Part shown: positions 1 to 13,247 of the stretch, in pieces
How positions within the stretch are numbered: the first letter of the stretch is position 1
Layout: the number at the start of each line of letters is the position of its first letter
Assembly (NCBI GenBank): GCA_964016885.1
Contig: OZ024745.1
Location: forward strand, 125,922,001 to 125,986,000
Direction of reading: 5' to 3'
DNA: 64,000 nucleotides
Source of the DNA: Eledone cirrhosa
Taxonomy: Eukaryota
The notes under the pieces: generated by a model
The model's input: the letters and a program-made list of their open reading frames with translations, nothing else
Databases searched by the model: none
What the model was told of the DNA's origin: nothing
Translations under genes and position numbers: made by a program

Positions 1-532
1 GTAGTATAAAATGATTGGTGCAGGAACGGAGTGAAACATCCATTTTAATTCCGTTAAAACACTATACACATTTCAATGGTCCAGCTTCATCATCCAAATA
101 TGATGAAAGGCACACACGATTGCTTCAGGTGTTTATTGCAGAATTAATTATATAAGAGAACAGGATTTTGACGAATATAAACAGAGAATACTAAATAGAA
201 AATAAGATCGGTTTTGATTCAGGCCTCCCGACTCCGCTTACTACCACTTCTGCAAACAAAGTCTTTGATATTGCCTTTTCTAAAAGGCATTTTGTTTTCT
301 CTTTCACTGACCTATCTGTCTGTCTATTTAATCTGTTCATTCCTCACACAAACATCATGCCAACAGTGATATTTATTTCTCCGAGTTGCAGAAGTCATCT
401 ATTTTAAGTGGTACATATTTTGTTAAATCGTCGAAACCACAGGCGGTCTAAAAGATGATTAGTCTATTTAAATGTTTGTGTGATCTCTCGTCCATTTCTT
501 CCTTTTCGCCTTTCCTCCTATTACTTCTGCAG

Positions 533-570
533 GCCAACACATTTCCAGCCGCTAATTTCTGTCCTTTCAG
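533..570 (+). other. Candidate 38-nt internal exon of an unknown host gene
   Basis: Long pyrimidine tract 484-530 ending TTCTGCAG, then 38 nt ending CAG|GTAAAT. No homology recognised; splice signals only. Confidence 0.2.
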
Positions 571-652
571 GTAAATTTTACCTGTCGCTGTCATTGACGG
601 CATTTTGCTCTTTTAACAGCTTCCTTACGTTGAGTTCTTCTCATTATTTTAC

Positions 653-691
<39 letters not shown>

Positions 692-697
<6 letters not shown>

Positions 698-945
698 TAT
701 TGGTGTTCTGCAATACCGATGTATACATGAATATATGTGTAGTATATTTGGCAATGTACCGTATGTTTAATTAAAAACATTTAGAAGACACTATGCTATA
801 AGTTTTAAAGTAGTGACTATGTCACTTACTTCTTTTCGGTGAAGAAGGGGAAAGAAGCTGACAGTCTGTTTCTCACTGATAGCGTATGGTCTTCTAAATG
901 TGTTTAATTAAACATACGGTATATTGCCAAATATACTATACATAC
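692..945. mobile_element. Family A short element, fold-back (inverted) insertion between (TA)n tracts
   Basis: 730-800 is the reverse complement of 878-945. The centre (855-873) carries, on the - strand, the HHR 3' half GAAACAGACTGTC-AGCTT. Homologous to 1128-1710. Confidence 0.75.
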
Positions 946-1015
946 ATTTATATATATATATATTTATATATATAAAGAGAGAGAAAGAGATAGATAAATA
1001 CACACACACACTCAC

Positions 1016-1134
<119 letters not shown>

Positions 1135-1269
1135 TTGGTGCTCTGAAATAGCGATGTATACATGAATGTATATATATTATATTTGGCAATACACTGTATG
1201 CTTAATTAAAAGCATTTTGAAGACCTTACGCTATTATTTTAAAGCAGTGACTATATCACTTACTTCAAA

Positions 1270-1315
1270 TAAAGTAACAGATCTGTTTCATACTCTTGGT
1301 AATCATCAGAGCTTA
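1270..1315 (-). ncRNA. Second, degenerate copy of the family A HHR
   Basis: Reverse complement reads TAAGCT-CTGATGA-TTACCAAGAGTAT-GAAA-CAGATCTG-TT-ACTTT; the stem I 3' strand is mismatched. Confidence 0.55.
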
Positions 1316-1614
1316 GCACTCGCCTTTGCCTGTTGAAAATTATAGATGGTGGATTCTTGTTTATTGAAAAAAGAAGTAAGTGACATAGTCACTACTTTAA
1401 AATAATAGCGCAAGGTCTTCAAAATGCTTTTAATTAAGCATACAGTATATTGCCAAATATATTATATATACATTCATGTATACATCGCTATTTCAGAGCA
1501 CCAATTCTAATTTTCAATTTTTGCTAGAATCGCTCTGTATAATCAGTTCCTGATTATTACTGGAATTCTATAAGAATCCAACATCTATGATTTTCAAGAG
1601 GAAAAGGCGTGTGC

Positions 1615-1660
1615 TAAGCTCTGATGATTACCAACAGTGTGAAACAGATCTGTCAGTTTA
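1615..1660 (+). ncRNA. Type I hammerhead ribozyme (minimal, palindromic stem III)
   Basis: TAAGCT-CTGATGA-TTACCAACAGTGT-GAAA-CAGATCTG-TC-AGTTTA. Stem I is 6 bp (1 G-U), ACAGATCTGT is a palindrome, GUC triplet, predicted cut after 1654. Confidence 0.75.
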
Positions 1661-1704
1661 TCTGCCTTTGTTTGTTGAAAAAATAAGTAAATGACATAGT
1701 CACT

Positions 1705-1797
<93 letters not shown>

Positions 1798-1802
<5 letters not shown>

Positions 1803-1960
1803 TAAACGGAAAAGAAAATGCTGTCAAATTGTTCCCAGTGGAAAATAGTTTAATTAGGAATAAGTAAAAATTAGTAAAAGTATTGGTTAGTATTCAGTTT
1901 TGGTTTTAAGTTTTACCGGTTGCGCATATCTAATGCTTTTCAAAAATAATTTTGAGATAG
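1798..1960 (-). mobile_element. Family B short element abutting (TA)n, with variant HHR-like motif at 1911-1946
   Basis: Near-identical to 22725-22875. The - strand reads TTGAAAA-GCAT-tagat-ATGC-GCAA-CCGG-TA. Confidence 0.55.
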
Positions 1961-2355
1961 AGCGCCCGTGATGTTTGCTCTAATCTGATTTGAGCAAACA
2001 TCATTAACTTTGCCTTTCATCCTTACGGGGTCGATAAAATAAAGTACCAGTAATGCACTGGGTAATTGCTGGCCTTGTGCCTAAAGTAGAAACAATTATC
2101 TATTGTTACTTTATAGGTGCATTTTAAACTAATAGCCTCGTTTAATTGATTGTTTGTGTGGTTAATTATGCTGATTGAGAGAAGAAATATTGTTTATATT
2201 TTATCAAATGATTCTATGGACTTACTTTCTTATATATTGCTCCGATTATGGATTATTTAATTAATTAATTCGTCATTGAGCCACAACGTGAATGGTTGCC
2301 AAAAACACATATATCTATATATCTATGGATCTGTCTAGTTTATGTATATGTAAAC

Positions 2356-2411
<56 letters not shown>

Positions 2412-2415
<4 letters not shown>

Positions 2416-2434
2416 AGAGAGAAATAAACACACA

Positions 2435-2515
<81 letters not shown>

Positions 2516-2630
2516 GTATATATATATGTATATATATCTGTGTTTAAACATGTATGTATATATATATGAATGTATCTATATATGTATGTACATATATATA
2601 TATATATAAAGAGAGAGAAATAAACACACA

Positions 2631-2707
<77 letters not shown>

Positions 2708-2778
2708 GTATATATATATGTATATATATCTGTGTTTAAACATGTATGCATATATATATGAATGTATCTATATATGTA

Positions 2779-2790
<12 letters not shown>
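2412..2790. repeat. ~197-bp tandem duplication built from (TA)n plus unique spacers
   Basis: AAAGAGAGAGAAATAAACACACACTCA and TCTGTGTTTAAACATGTATG each occur twice (2412/2608 and 2537/2729). Confidence 0.75.
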
Positions 2791-2855
<65 letters not shown>

Positions 2856-2871
2856 ACATATATATACATAG

Positions 2872-2940
<69 letters not shown>

Positions 2941-4208
2941 CACACATACACAATCATATTTCCTTACCCCACCATTTCTGTTTCTGTTTCTGTTATTATA
3001 TTATATTTTTATTACCTGATTACTGATTACTTATATTCCTGTCATTGTTTTCTTTTCGTCAGGCACATGTGCCAAAAATAATATAATGCACGCACGTGCT
3101 TGCACATTCTTAATCACACACACACACCATATACAAGCACGGCCGGATTTAGATATGGTGAGTCCCTAAGTTTGAGGATCCTCTAGAGGCCCTATTTGGC
3201 AAATGTTAACATATAATTAGGTTATGTAACAACATAACATGACACATGCATGCTGCTAGGATTCATAACAAAACCTTGTAGAGTATAGATGGGCAAGGAA
3301 GGAAAGATTTCTGCTTGAGGACATTTACTATATATATCTTTACTTTGACTGTTTTTCTGGTGGAAATGTGTTTCTATGGTATCTAAGAAGTGCTAATATT
3401 TACGGAAAACAAAGCCTAATATGTAGTTAAGATAAAGGAAACCTTCCAAACGTCACTGCTTTTATGGTGATCTGAGGAGATTTGATACAAAAACGTACAA
3501 AGCTTGCACAGATAGAGTAAGGAGTTTTATCTCACGCCTTAACATTTCATTCTATCTATCGATCTGGGAGTTTCCTCATCAAACCCGAAAGCATATAAAA
3601 CAGTAGAATTCAGTGGAATTTGAATATACAGAGAACAGAGCAAAAGTAAATGCTGTAAAGTATTTTGTTCACGCCCCAATGTCTCTGCCAATTCGTCGCC
3701 TTGATATTTAAACATAATTATAAAACGAAATTCTATACATCTCTGAAAAATAATTTTAAATCTAATTTATTAATGGTAATTATTATTCATTAGTTTAATA
3801 GGGTAATTGAGTTATGTCAACAGAAATATAAATTATAATAAATTTCTAAAGAATGAAAAAAGTGTGAGATTTGCAGAGACTCTCGAGAGCCTAGGAGGCA
3901 TAACGACATAGGTTGTTAAACTTATACATAAGGATCCGAAATTACTGCGTCGCATCTTGAGTAAGATTGAACTCAGGACGAAAATGTCTTTAACAAAATA
4001 CCGCAAGAATTTTTCTGATAGGAAATTTAAATGTTTTATAATTGAACACCTTTAAATAGAGATTTATTAATCATATCATAAGGAGACTGAAACTATTAAG
4101 TACTTTATAAGGAGACATTATTCTTTTACACAGTTGAACGCATTGATGCACACGCACACACAGTCATAGACACAGACAGACACACACAGACACACACACA
4201 CACGCGCG

Positions 4209-4331
<123 letters not shown>

Positions 4332-4402
4332 GTGTGTGTGTATGAGAAAATGAGGTTTTCTTTTAATGAATAGTAGTGAGGTTCTCTTTTAAAGAATAGT
4401 AG

Positions 4403-4775
4403 TTGAACCTGAAAATAAAAGAAAATGCCACCAAATTAAAGCACAAGCTGCCTAATATTGTTGTTTGGGACCACACATTGAAAATGTGCTCTGTTGTAGA
4501 GATCAGCTGCCCACTTGATGTCAACGTTGTAAGAAAAAGACAAGAAAAAGAGGGGATCTATGGACCATTGATGAGGAGTTTGCAGATCCAGTATCCAAGA
4601 TACACCTTCAGCTTCATACCCATCATTATTGGAGCTACAGGTTATATACAAACCCGCTTGGACCACAGTATGACTGAACTTAGATTCGTGGACAAACAGC
4701 GCAGATCCCTTATTCATTGACTTCAAATGGCTGCGATATCTGGCACCTTCAAAATGTGCAAAGCATTCTTGCGAT
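4403..4775 (+). pseudogene. R4/Dong-type non-LTR retrotransposon, C-terminal restriction-like endonuclease fragment
   Basis: KLPNIVVWD...VVEISCPLDVNV...EKEGIYGPLMRSLQ...FIPIIIGATG matches the PD-(D/E)xK RLE domain pattern (RPDIVVWD..E.S.P...IIGALG). Confidence 0.8.
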
Positions 4776-4799
4776 TCAAGGGATTACAACCTTGCAACC

Positions 4800-5555
4800 A
4801 GAAAGGTGGCCGGTCAAAAATATACTCGAAATTAAGAGAAAGAGAAACATACATACGATGCAATCCGTAGAAAAGATAGCCTCGATAATAAACACATTAA
4901 AAGCTACAGCAATGTGGAAGACATACATAATATGAAAGAGTACTGGTGGAATGATCCAGTAAAAACCCCAATAAAATGCAGGCATAACACACCAGATATA
5001 AGGATATGGGACAGGAAAAAGAAAGCATAGTAGTGGAAGTTAGCTGCCCAGCAGATGCCAATATAATATCAAAGATTAGCGAAAAGGAGAATATTTATGC
5101 AAAACTGATGAGAAATCTGCAGATACTCCACCCTGATTACACCTTCAGATTTATGCATGTGATTATTGGGGCACTGGGGTATGTTAGTAACTGCCTCAAT
5201 ACAAACCTTGAGAAGCTAGGCTTCATAGGAACAGAAAGAACACAACTAGTTAGGAAATTACAAGTACAATCTATTAATGGAATAGTAAAAATATGTAAAA
5301 CATTTCAAAAATGTTGCATCTAAGTACAGCATGTTACATGTACAGATACAAAGCATATACACATGCACACATACAACTCAAAACATACACATCCAGACAT
5401 ACAATAACATCCATCTCTACACATGCATGCATACATACATACATATCTACCTAGTTGATGTTGTGTAAATTCCAATGAGAGAGTCTTGTGTCTATGTTAG
5501 AAACCGACTCTCTCTCTATTGGTAAAACTTTGTGAAATTATAAAACCAGAACATA
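4800..5555 (+). pseudogene. Second R4/Dong-type LINE 3' end (RLE domain plus 3' UTR ending in CATA repeats)
   Basis: VVEVSCPADANII...EKENIYAKLMRNLQILHPDYTFRFMHVIIGALGY, stop at 5323. 3' UTR hairpin CCAAT-GAGAGAGTC...GACTCTCTC-ATTGG (5472-5522), then (CATA)n. Confidence 0.8.
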
Positions 5556-5974
5556 CATACATATACATATGGTAGAAACAAGGAGAGGCACCAAACAAAA
5601 AGTCGAGACAGATAGGTAGCTAGAGAGATAGATAGATAGTTGTTTATGGCTTGTCTATATAAATGCAGGAGAGTTTAAATGTAATCTAATACCTGAACAC
5701 ATCTCAGTAATGTTCTGAAAATAAAGTAAAATGAGCGGTGTTTTTAAGTTGAAACATTATTCCTAAACCACTTTGTCAGACAAGTAAAATATGTGATAAT
5801 TTTACAAAATGCTAGTGTTTATATTTTGGCAGTAGACATTTTATATATTGTCACGGGTTGCTGTCTTGGGGTTTGTTTCGGGGTTTATCTGACTTTGCAA
5901 ACATTTTTGTTGATGAAACGTTATATGTCACGGTGTATAACGTTCAGAAAGTTTCTCTGCAAATAACATATCGT

Positions 5975-6485
5975 TTCCATCCACCACCACCATCTCTATC
6001 CCCATCAATATAACAACCACAACCACCATCATCATCACAATTATCACCACAACCAGCACCACCATTACCATATTAACCACAACTAGTTTTCCCATCATCC
6101 CAATCACTACCATCGCCACGGCTATCACAAAAGCCGGTACCACCACCATTACAACTACCAGTATCCCCATTACTATAATCACTGCCATCACCACTATTTT
6201 CATCATAACTGGTACCGCCATTACCGCCATCATCAACACCACTATTATCACTACAACCCCCACCATCACTAATTCCCACAACAGTAACAATAATAAATAA
6301 CCTCAACCACAAAAACAACAATGATAACATCAAGAACAGCTCTAATATCATCACCAATACATATTAATAGCACAACTCTAACAATTTGTTTTTCGACACA
6401 ACCACTCAAAACCATCTCACCTTCCACCACCAAACTCCCACCATTATGACAGACGACAATAACATTAACAATAATAACACAAAAT
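5975..6485. repeat. Degenerate (ACC/ATC/AAC)n trinucleotide low-complexity tract
   Basis: Runs of CAC/CAT/AAC triplets; the - strand ORFs are V/M/I- or G/D/S-biased artefacts. Confidence 0.7.
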
Positions 6486-7716
6486 CTAGCATGAATATCT
6501 GTGTACCTACAGCTGTCATAAGTGAAGATGCATGGTTTTATGTTTAAGGTGTTTGGCTCACGATCGCAAGGTCGTGAAGTCGATTCCGGGTGGTGTTGTG
6601 TTTAAGGCCCTGTGCTAGTTAAGATATGAAGTCCCTTTGAACATTTGACATTTGAGAAACATTCATCGTGGCAGGAAGATGCCCCCGTTTCCTGGCCAAG
6701 AGGACCTTGTGCTTAAGCACAACTAAGCCCAATGATAAATCCGGTACTGGGTGTGTTCTTGAACAATATATGTTATTTAATGTTGCTTTAGTTCCACTCA
6801 ACTGTGGAAAGAATAAGTTGTACCTGGATATCAAAATCTAGAAGGAACATAACTAATAGCTACAAGACACTATAATGATCCAGCCAACAGTCCACTCTGG
6901 CTAATTATGGCACAAGGCACAAGGCCAGAGATTTTTTTTGGGGGGGGGGGGGGTTCGGTGAAGTTAAAATATCATTTTATCGACATGTATATTATTTCAT
7001 TGATCCATGAAGGATTAAAGCAAATTTGAGCCCAATGGGATTTGAACTCAGAAAGTAAAGAGCCGCGATATTATAACCCAATTCATTTTATCTAATGCTC
7101 TAACATTTCTACCAATCAGCCATCGTGACCCCAATTTTAAGATTTATTTTTAATTTAATACATGTGCAGCAAATTTGGTTAAATAATCTGCAATACTTGA
7201 CGGCGTTTTATTTTTATCGACCGCGAATAGTCGATAAGTAAATTTGGTATTGGCGGAATTTGCATTTAGAATGGTAAAACCACATTCTGCCAATCCGCTA
7301 GTCTTACATTTTGCCACTACTAAAGTCACATCAACCACATCAGCCACATCAGCAATTAAAGAAACATTAAATATCAATGCCAGGGTGAAGACTAACGATA
7401 AACAAGAAATTGCTTGTGTTGTCGCCAACTTTGATCATTTCAACACATTTTATTACTACTGACATCTTAATGTTGTGTGTGTGCATTTCGTCATTTAAAT
7501 CATTAGCTGGTGTTTTAATTTACTCTTTTTACTGGATTGGCATTAGACGGCAACCATCACCTTAAAGAGATTTAGTTGATCATGTTGATCCCAGTATTTA
7601 TTTTTTCAAGATTGATTCTTTTTTATCAGTTAATCTGATAAGTTACAAGGCACAAACAAATAGTAAATGTAAGATATGGATAAATACATACATACATACG
7701 TACGTACATACATACA

Positions 7717-8320
7717 TGATGACTGCCCCCTCGTTATCGAGTATGGCCATTGCACGATATACCATTATTAATAATTATTAATTAATTCTATCGTGCAATG
7801 CCTGTTCGTGAAGATATTTTTTAAAGTGAGGAAAGACTGTGCACTGAGCCAATCCCACTCTCTGAGCGACAGTAGCTATAACCTGAAAAGAAGAAAAGAT
7901 CAACATCATCAGTAACTACTGAGCCGCAGGTTTTATATCGGAGTTATTCCAGTTTCCTGAGTTGCCTTCTCCTAAAAGAATGCCCTGACAAAGGCTAGGG
8001 GTCCTTCACTCCCAGTGGTTTAACCGCGCGATCGGGTGTCCAGCCCGACTTTTTCTATGTCCCCGCGCATATACATACACATGTACCCATGTATATACAC
8101 ATATACATACATATGTACATGTGTATATACATATTTATACACTTTGGGATGGCCGTTGACTATTGTGTTCTTCCGCCCTTTGTCAGGTTTTGTTTTTTGT
8201 CCTGCAGGGTGTCCAAAATCACCCTCCTCGCAAAGTAAACTTGGTGGGGTTGCCGGTTTAGTCGCCGACGACCCGATCATGCGACAGATTGTACTGGGTT
8301 ACATGTTACCAGTAACACTC
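7717..8320 (-). mobile_element. Non-autonomous RTE-related retroposon with (TATG)n tail
   Basis: 7717-8185 is the reverse complement of 56679-57122. The 3' tail GGCCATACTCGAT..CGAGGGGGCAGCCATC resembles the RTE-type 3' ends at 57600-57635 and 59700-59735. Confidence 0.7.
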
Positions 8321-8419
8321 ATACATACATACATACATACATACATACATACATACATACATACATACATACATACATACATACATACATACATACATAC
8401 ATACATACATACAATATAA

Positions 8420-9100
8420 ACTGATCACCCTCAAACAAGAATTGAGAGCTGTCAGCGAGAAACTTTAATACCAGAAGAGGGTGGCTGAAAGAAAAATAAT
8501 TAATAAAAGATTCAGACGAAACCAAACATCGGTATATAGAGATATTTAGGGAAGAGTAATAAATGTCACTGAGACCCCATCCCAGAAAGACAGATTCATT
8601 CTGGAGAAAAATATGAGGTGAAAAGAAGAATTTCAACCAAGATGCAGTGTGGCTAAAAGAAATCCAAAAGAACTATTGCTCCTAAGCTACAACAAAACAC
8701 ACGGAATAAATGATGATACCCTTGAGAATGGTAGGAAAACTCCAAAATAAGAAAACAGCATGAATAGACTTGATTTTGGGCTACTGGTACAAAAAAACTG
8801 ATATTCTATCGGATGTATCTTATCAACCTCTTTCAGCAAGCTCTTAAGGGAGATGCACATATACCAGAATGGTTATCATTAGCACAAACAATACTGGTCT
8901 CCAAGAACAAAGACACCCACTTGGTAAAAAAATACCGACGCACTGCATGCCACAACCTGATGTACAAAATGTATACAGTCTGCTTGAACTTATTTAAGAT
9001 CACTGCGACAGTAATAACGTCATCACAGATGAGCAAGCAGCTGGAAAGAAAGGTGTTTGGAGGTGTACTGAACAACTAATTAACAAAACTGCGATGTAGA
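8420..9100 (+). pseudogene. R4/Dong-type LINE reverse transcriptase N-terminal fragment (frameshifted)
   Basis: IPEWLSLAQTILVSKNKDTHLVKKYRRTACHNLMYKMYT, then after a frameshift HCDSNNVITDEQAAGKKGVWRCTEQL, matching RT motifs 1-2. Starts directly after (CATA)n at 8320-8413. Confidence 0.8.
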
Positions 9101-9351
9101 AGAATAAGTTGTACCTGTATATTAAAAAGCCAGCTTTGTACACACTATCACGTTGAATCTTCATGAGAACTACATTAAGAGTACATATGCATGCGGAAAG
9201 TTCAGCCAATCACACGTGATGCCCCTGGTGTTGATTGAATCAACTGGAACCCTCGTCGGAACCGACGGAGGTGTAACTCGGCTGTCATAAACACCATCAA
9301 CTCTATCACCAACAAAAGCAACTGATAAATGATAGCCGTAAAAGCTTGGAC

Positions 9352-9639
9352 CAGTCATGGGCAACCTGTGGCCTGCGAAGCTTTCTGAATGGCTCGCCTA
9401 AGTCACCTAAGTGAAATCTATCTAATTTTTTTACCCTAAATTTTCAGTCGTAATTTATCTTTCTATCATTGTTGTGATAGAGGGAAACAACGTGTACGAA
9501 TTTTGAAGCAACAAATCAAATCAACCTGAGTTACCGCCTTTTTTTAATGTGGGCATGAACGTAAATTAGCGCTGCGGCCCTCCTGATGATGAGCAATATC
9601 TCATGCGGCCCACTTCTCGAAAAAGGTTGCCCATGTTTG
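9352..9639. mobile_element. hAT-type MITE
   Basis: TIRs CAGTCATGGGCAACCT / AGGTTGCCCATGTTTG; 8-bp flanks GCTTGGAC / GCTTAAAC (decayed TSD). Confidence 0.75.
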
Positions 9640-10144
9640 GCTTAAACGATGGTGCGTTGTTGTTGCTGATGTTATTATTTTGTACTCTAACCCAGGTCAG
9701 CTCTGATGAAGCAAACCTATCTTTAAAAGACTATCTACGTATTTGAACCTTATGGAGTGTGATTTATCACAGTCTCGAGTCGACCCATATATTGTCAATA
9801 AATTGGCTAGACGGAAACCGTTTGGAAACCAGTCGGTTGTCTGGCCCTGTAATGCAAAAAGCCAACCTTATCACTCCATGTGTCATGCTGAATCTCGCTG
9901 ACTGTTAGGTTAATGTTACATATGTCAGTGGCCAGTCCCTTATATATTAATTTCAGTAGCAGACGGTTCCGTAGATCGAACAACTCGAACATTCAACGTC
10001 GAAACAGATGGTGGCTTATTCTATTCCGTTTCAACATAGTGTTAACACGAGAGTAATCAGTCAAATATCTATGAGGCAACTCGCTAACTTCAATGCACAA
10101 AATACGATATAATATTTGCCCATGTCGTATAATTCTTTCTAATT

Positions 10145-11392
10145 TGGGTACATAGCTAGCAATTTAGGGGGGGGGGGCATGTCTATTAAATTGTACTTGA
10201 TTGGAACGTAAAGAGGTCCAAAATAACTGGAAACTTATTTTATCGACGCGAAAATGGTGACAGGCAAAGTTGGCATCCGGCTGGATTTGAACTCAGGATG
10301 TAAAGAGCAGAATAAATACCGCAATACGTCTTGTCCAGAGGTCTAACGATCCTGCAAATTTATCCCTCTTTCCTGTCATGTAATATTATTGCTGTTTATT
10401 TTCAATTCGTGTGTTATGAAAGATTAGTTAAAATTTGACTGAATTGGAAATTCCAGTAAACCAATAAACTGCTCATCAATCAGAATGACACGTTTAGTTG
10501 TTTATCGTAAACAAACCCTCACATTTGGGGATTCCCATCACCCTAAGAAAGTGTCGTCAAGAGAATTGTACTTTAAAAAAATGTAGGTTTTGAATTCCCG
10601 TAGCCTAGATTTGTGTTGTGTGTGTTTAGCTAAATGAGGAAATAAAGCTGTAATGACATTTTAAGGACTTTGTGAGGTGAGTGATAAGAAGAGAAGAAAC
10701 TAAGATTCGTATGCTGCTGCTAATCACCATAACCCCCGACAAAAACACTCACAACATAAGCAACAATAACACTAAACCAATGCGTGAGAGCTGAGCCTGC
10801 TAGATAAAATATCAAAATCTCTCTCAAATTACTACTATCTTGAGGAATAATATATTGGATGACGTATTCCTGAGGGCCCTGTCTGAGATAAGAATATGTT
10901 GGTCATGGTGTATTTGAGAAAAATACTTTATTTCACATTTCTCCTGTTCACTCAGCTGGGAAAAAATAATATAGACACAGGGCTAGCAATATTGGAAGAT
11001 GTGAAAGTCGATCAAATATAACCTGTATTTCACTGGTACTTTATTTTATCGACCCCAATGAGAAAAGACATAGTTGACCTAGGCGAAAGTTTAATTCAGA
11101 AAGTAAAAAGGTGTAACTAAATGCTAAAAAGCAATAAGTCCAGCGCGCTAACGATTCTGTCAAGCCTCCGCCCTCAGACATGTCTACATAATTCTTCTGA
11201 CATAGTTACAAGTCTAATAATTTGAGGGAAAGGGGAGAGATTATTCAATCAACCCCAATAACTGACTGGTACTTTATTTTATCGACCTCGTAACGATGAA
11301 AGGCAAAGCAAAATTCGGCGGGATTTGGACTCAGAACGAAAAGAGTCGAATCTGTCCGACGCTCTGAAAATACTCTCAATCCACCGCCTCCT
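10145..11392 (-). mobile_element. Three decayed copies of SINE family 1 (~10145-10370, 10975-11175, 11205-11392)
   Basis: Each has the ACTGGTACTTTATTTTATCGACC...GGCAAAG...GATTTGAACTCAG core. Confidence 0.7.
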
Positions 11393-12045
11393 GCCATGTT
11401 TAAATAATAAAATTTAAGTATACGCCACGCTGGCATAGCTGATATGGATTATATTTCTTTTATCATCTCACTTAACGTTCTCATTTAACACTGCAAATAA
11501 AACTGTCCACATAGCATTTAAAATATTTTTTTAAATAACTTATCTTTCATAGAAGAAATTCTGTAGATAAATCTTTGTAGGTTAATTGCCAGAAAGATGT
11601 TGAGAGTTTAGTTTAACAAACTTTTCCTATTCAATGTGTTTTCTACACTGAAAATATTCCTTCAATTTAATTCTACCGCCTTCATTAAATAGACGGTCAT
11701 AACGTTTTACATTTGTATGCATCTTAAAAATAGAAGATTAATTAAATTGTTACTCCATTCAACAAACTTTGCTCTTTCGTTCAACTATTTCTTTTTTTTA
11801 ACATTATTTTCTGCACCCACTATATTGTGGACCAATTATTCTCTCGACTTCGTCGCATTATCCTATTATTTATAATTTACATTTAAAATTGCATGTCACA
11901 CTTGAAAACAGCAAGACCCAATCACCATATTTTGTTTTACTCTTAACTCTGCTATGTACGCATTGGCTTACTCTGCATACGTATATATATATATATATGC
12001 ATATGTGTTTGTAAGTATGTGTGTGAGTGTATATATATATATATT

Positions 12046-12145
<100 letters not shown>

Positions 12146-12185
12146 TAGTTATACATGTGTGTGGATAAAAACACACACATACATT

Positions 12186-12360
12186 AGCGGTGGATTGGCA
12201 GTATCGGTAGAGGGCCGGATGCCATGCTTTGCAGCTTTACGACGCTTTTCAAATCCCGCCGAGATTAACTTCGCTTTTCATCCTAACGGTCGATAAAATA
12301 AAGCACCAGTAATGCACTGGGGTAATTGCTGGCCTTGTGCCAAAAGTAGAAACAATTATA
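12186..12360 (+). mobile_element. tRNA-derived SINE family 1 (octopus OK/OR-like)
   Basis: A-box-like TGGCAGTATCGG, B-box remnant TTCAAATCC, body GTCGATAAAATAAAGCACCAGT, tail GTAGAAACAATTAT. Confidence 0.8.
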
Positions 12361-12362
12361 TA

Positions 12363-12755
12363 CGTGGGCAATCCCAAAAGTAAGGTCTCCTTCCGATATT
12401 GCAACTTTTCCGTTAAAATCCTCTGGATGGTGCTTCGGGAAACCTCAGGAACCAAAATGTAGAGAGCATCCAGAGTGATCCGCCGATCTTTAAGCATGTT
12501 TTCCTCGGAAGGAGACCTTACTTTTGTGCCCACTATATAATAACTGCGCGAAATTCGCACTTGGCGGTAGTCTTCAACGGGAGCTCCATTCTCAATGGCT
12601 GCCAAGCCAAGATTGAGCATCCCAGCGAAGCGCTTGCTTGCTTGTTTGGGAGTGAAGGAATCACCAATCACAACAGTGTTACCAACAGCCGTACGAACAG
12701 TTTCTCTGCGTCCCCATCGCTTTGGAGAGAGACCTTACTTTTGGGATTACCCTCG
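12363..12755 (-). mobile_element. Internally deleted, rearranged mariner element
   Basis: TA-flanked TIRs CGTGGGCAATCCCAAAAGTAAGGTCTC / GAGACCTTACTTTTGGGATTACCCTCG. The - strand has transposase pieces MELPLKTTAKCEFRAVI (~12539-12589) and DRRITLDAL...VSRSTIQRILTEKLQYRK. A third TIR lies at ~12511-12535. Confidence 0.8.
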
Positions 12756-13247
12756 TATTAGAAATTATTATATAATTCAGAAAATGTTTATGTATGTCAT
12801 TTTCTCTTCAGTCTCTCTCATTTTATGTAAAATTCTTTCTTACCTCCCCTGCTGCCTCACTTCACACATTGTGCTTTCTATCTCTCGTCTCTTTCACTTT
12901 CATTTATTATTTGCTCTCTCCATTGCAATCTATTTCTGTTATACATATCACTCTCTGTCTCTTCCTCCGGTGCCCTGCTGTTGTCATAATGAATGATCTC
13001 CCTTTCTATAGCTATGTAATACTCTTTCCCTTTTTTATATCTTTTTCAACATTTTTAAATAACACATCATACAGCAAAATTATCTAATTAACAAAACACT
13101 ATGTATATGTGTGTAGGTGTGTATTTACAAAATATTATGTTCATGGGGCCGGATATACACAAATATCAAACATTCTCGCTCGCATCTTCATACATGCAGA
13201 AATACACACATACATACACACTCATTAAAGGGTATACACGTCATTAA

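Noticed and set aside
3136-3950. Possible old hAT-like MITE starting CACGGCCGGATT
   Set aside because: The right TIR and TSD could not be identified with confidence.
5928-6357. Hydrophobic 'membrane protein' and G/D/S-rich ORFs
   Set aside because: Degenerate trinucleotide low-complexity DNA.
8200-8275. CCTCCTCGC resembling an HDV ribozyme P3/L3
   Set aside because: No complementary P3' or P1/P2 pairing found, and it lies on the strand opposite to the element's orientation.
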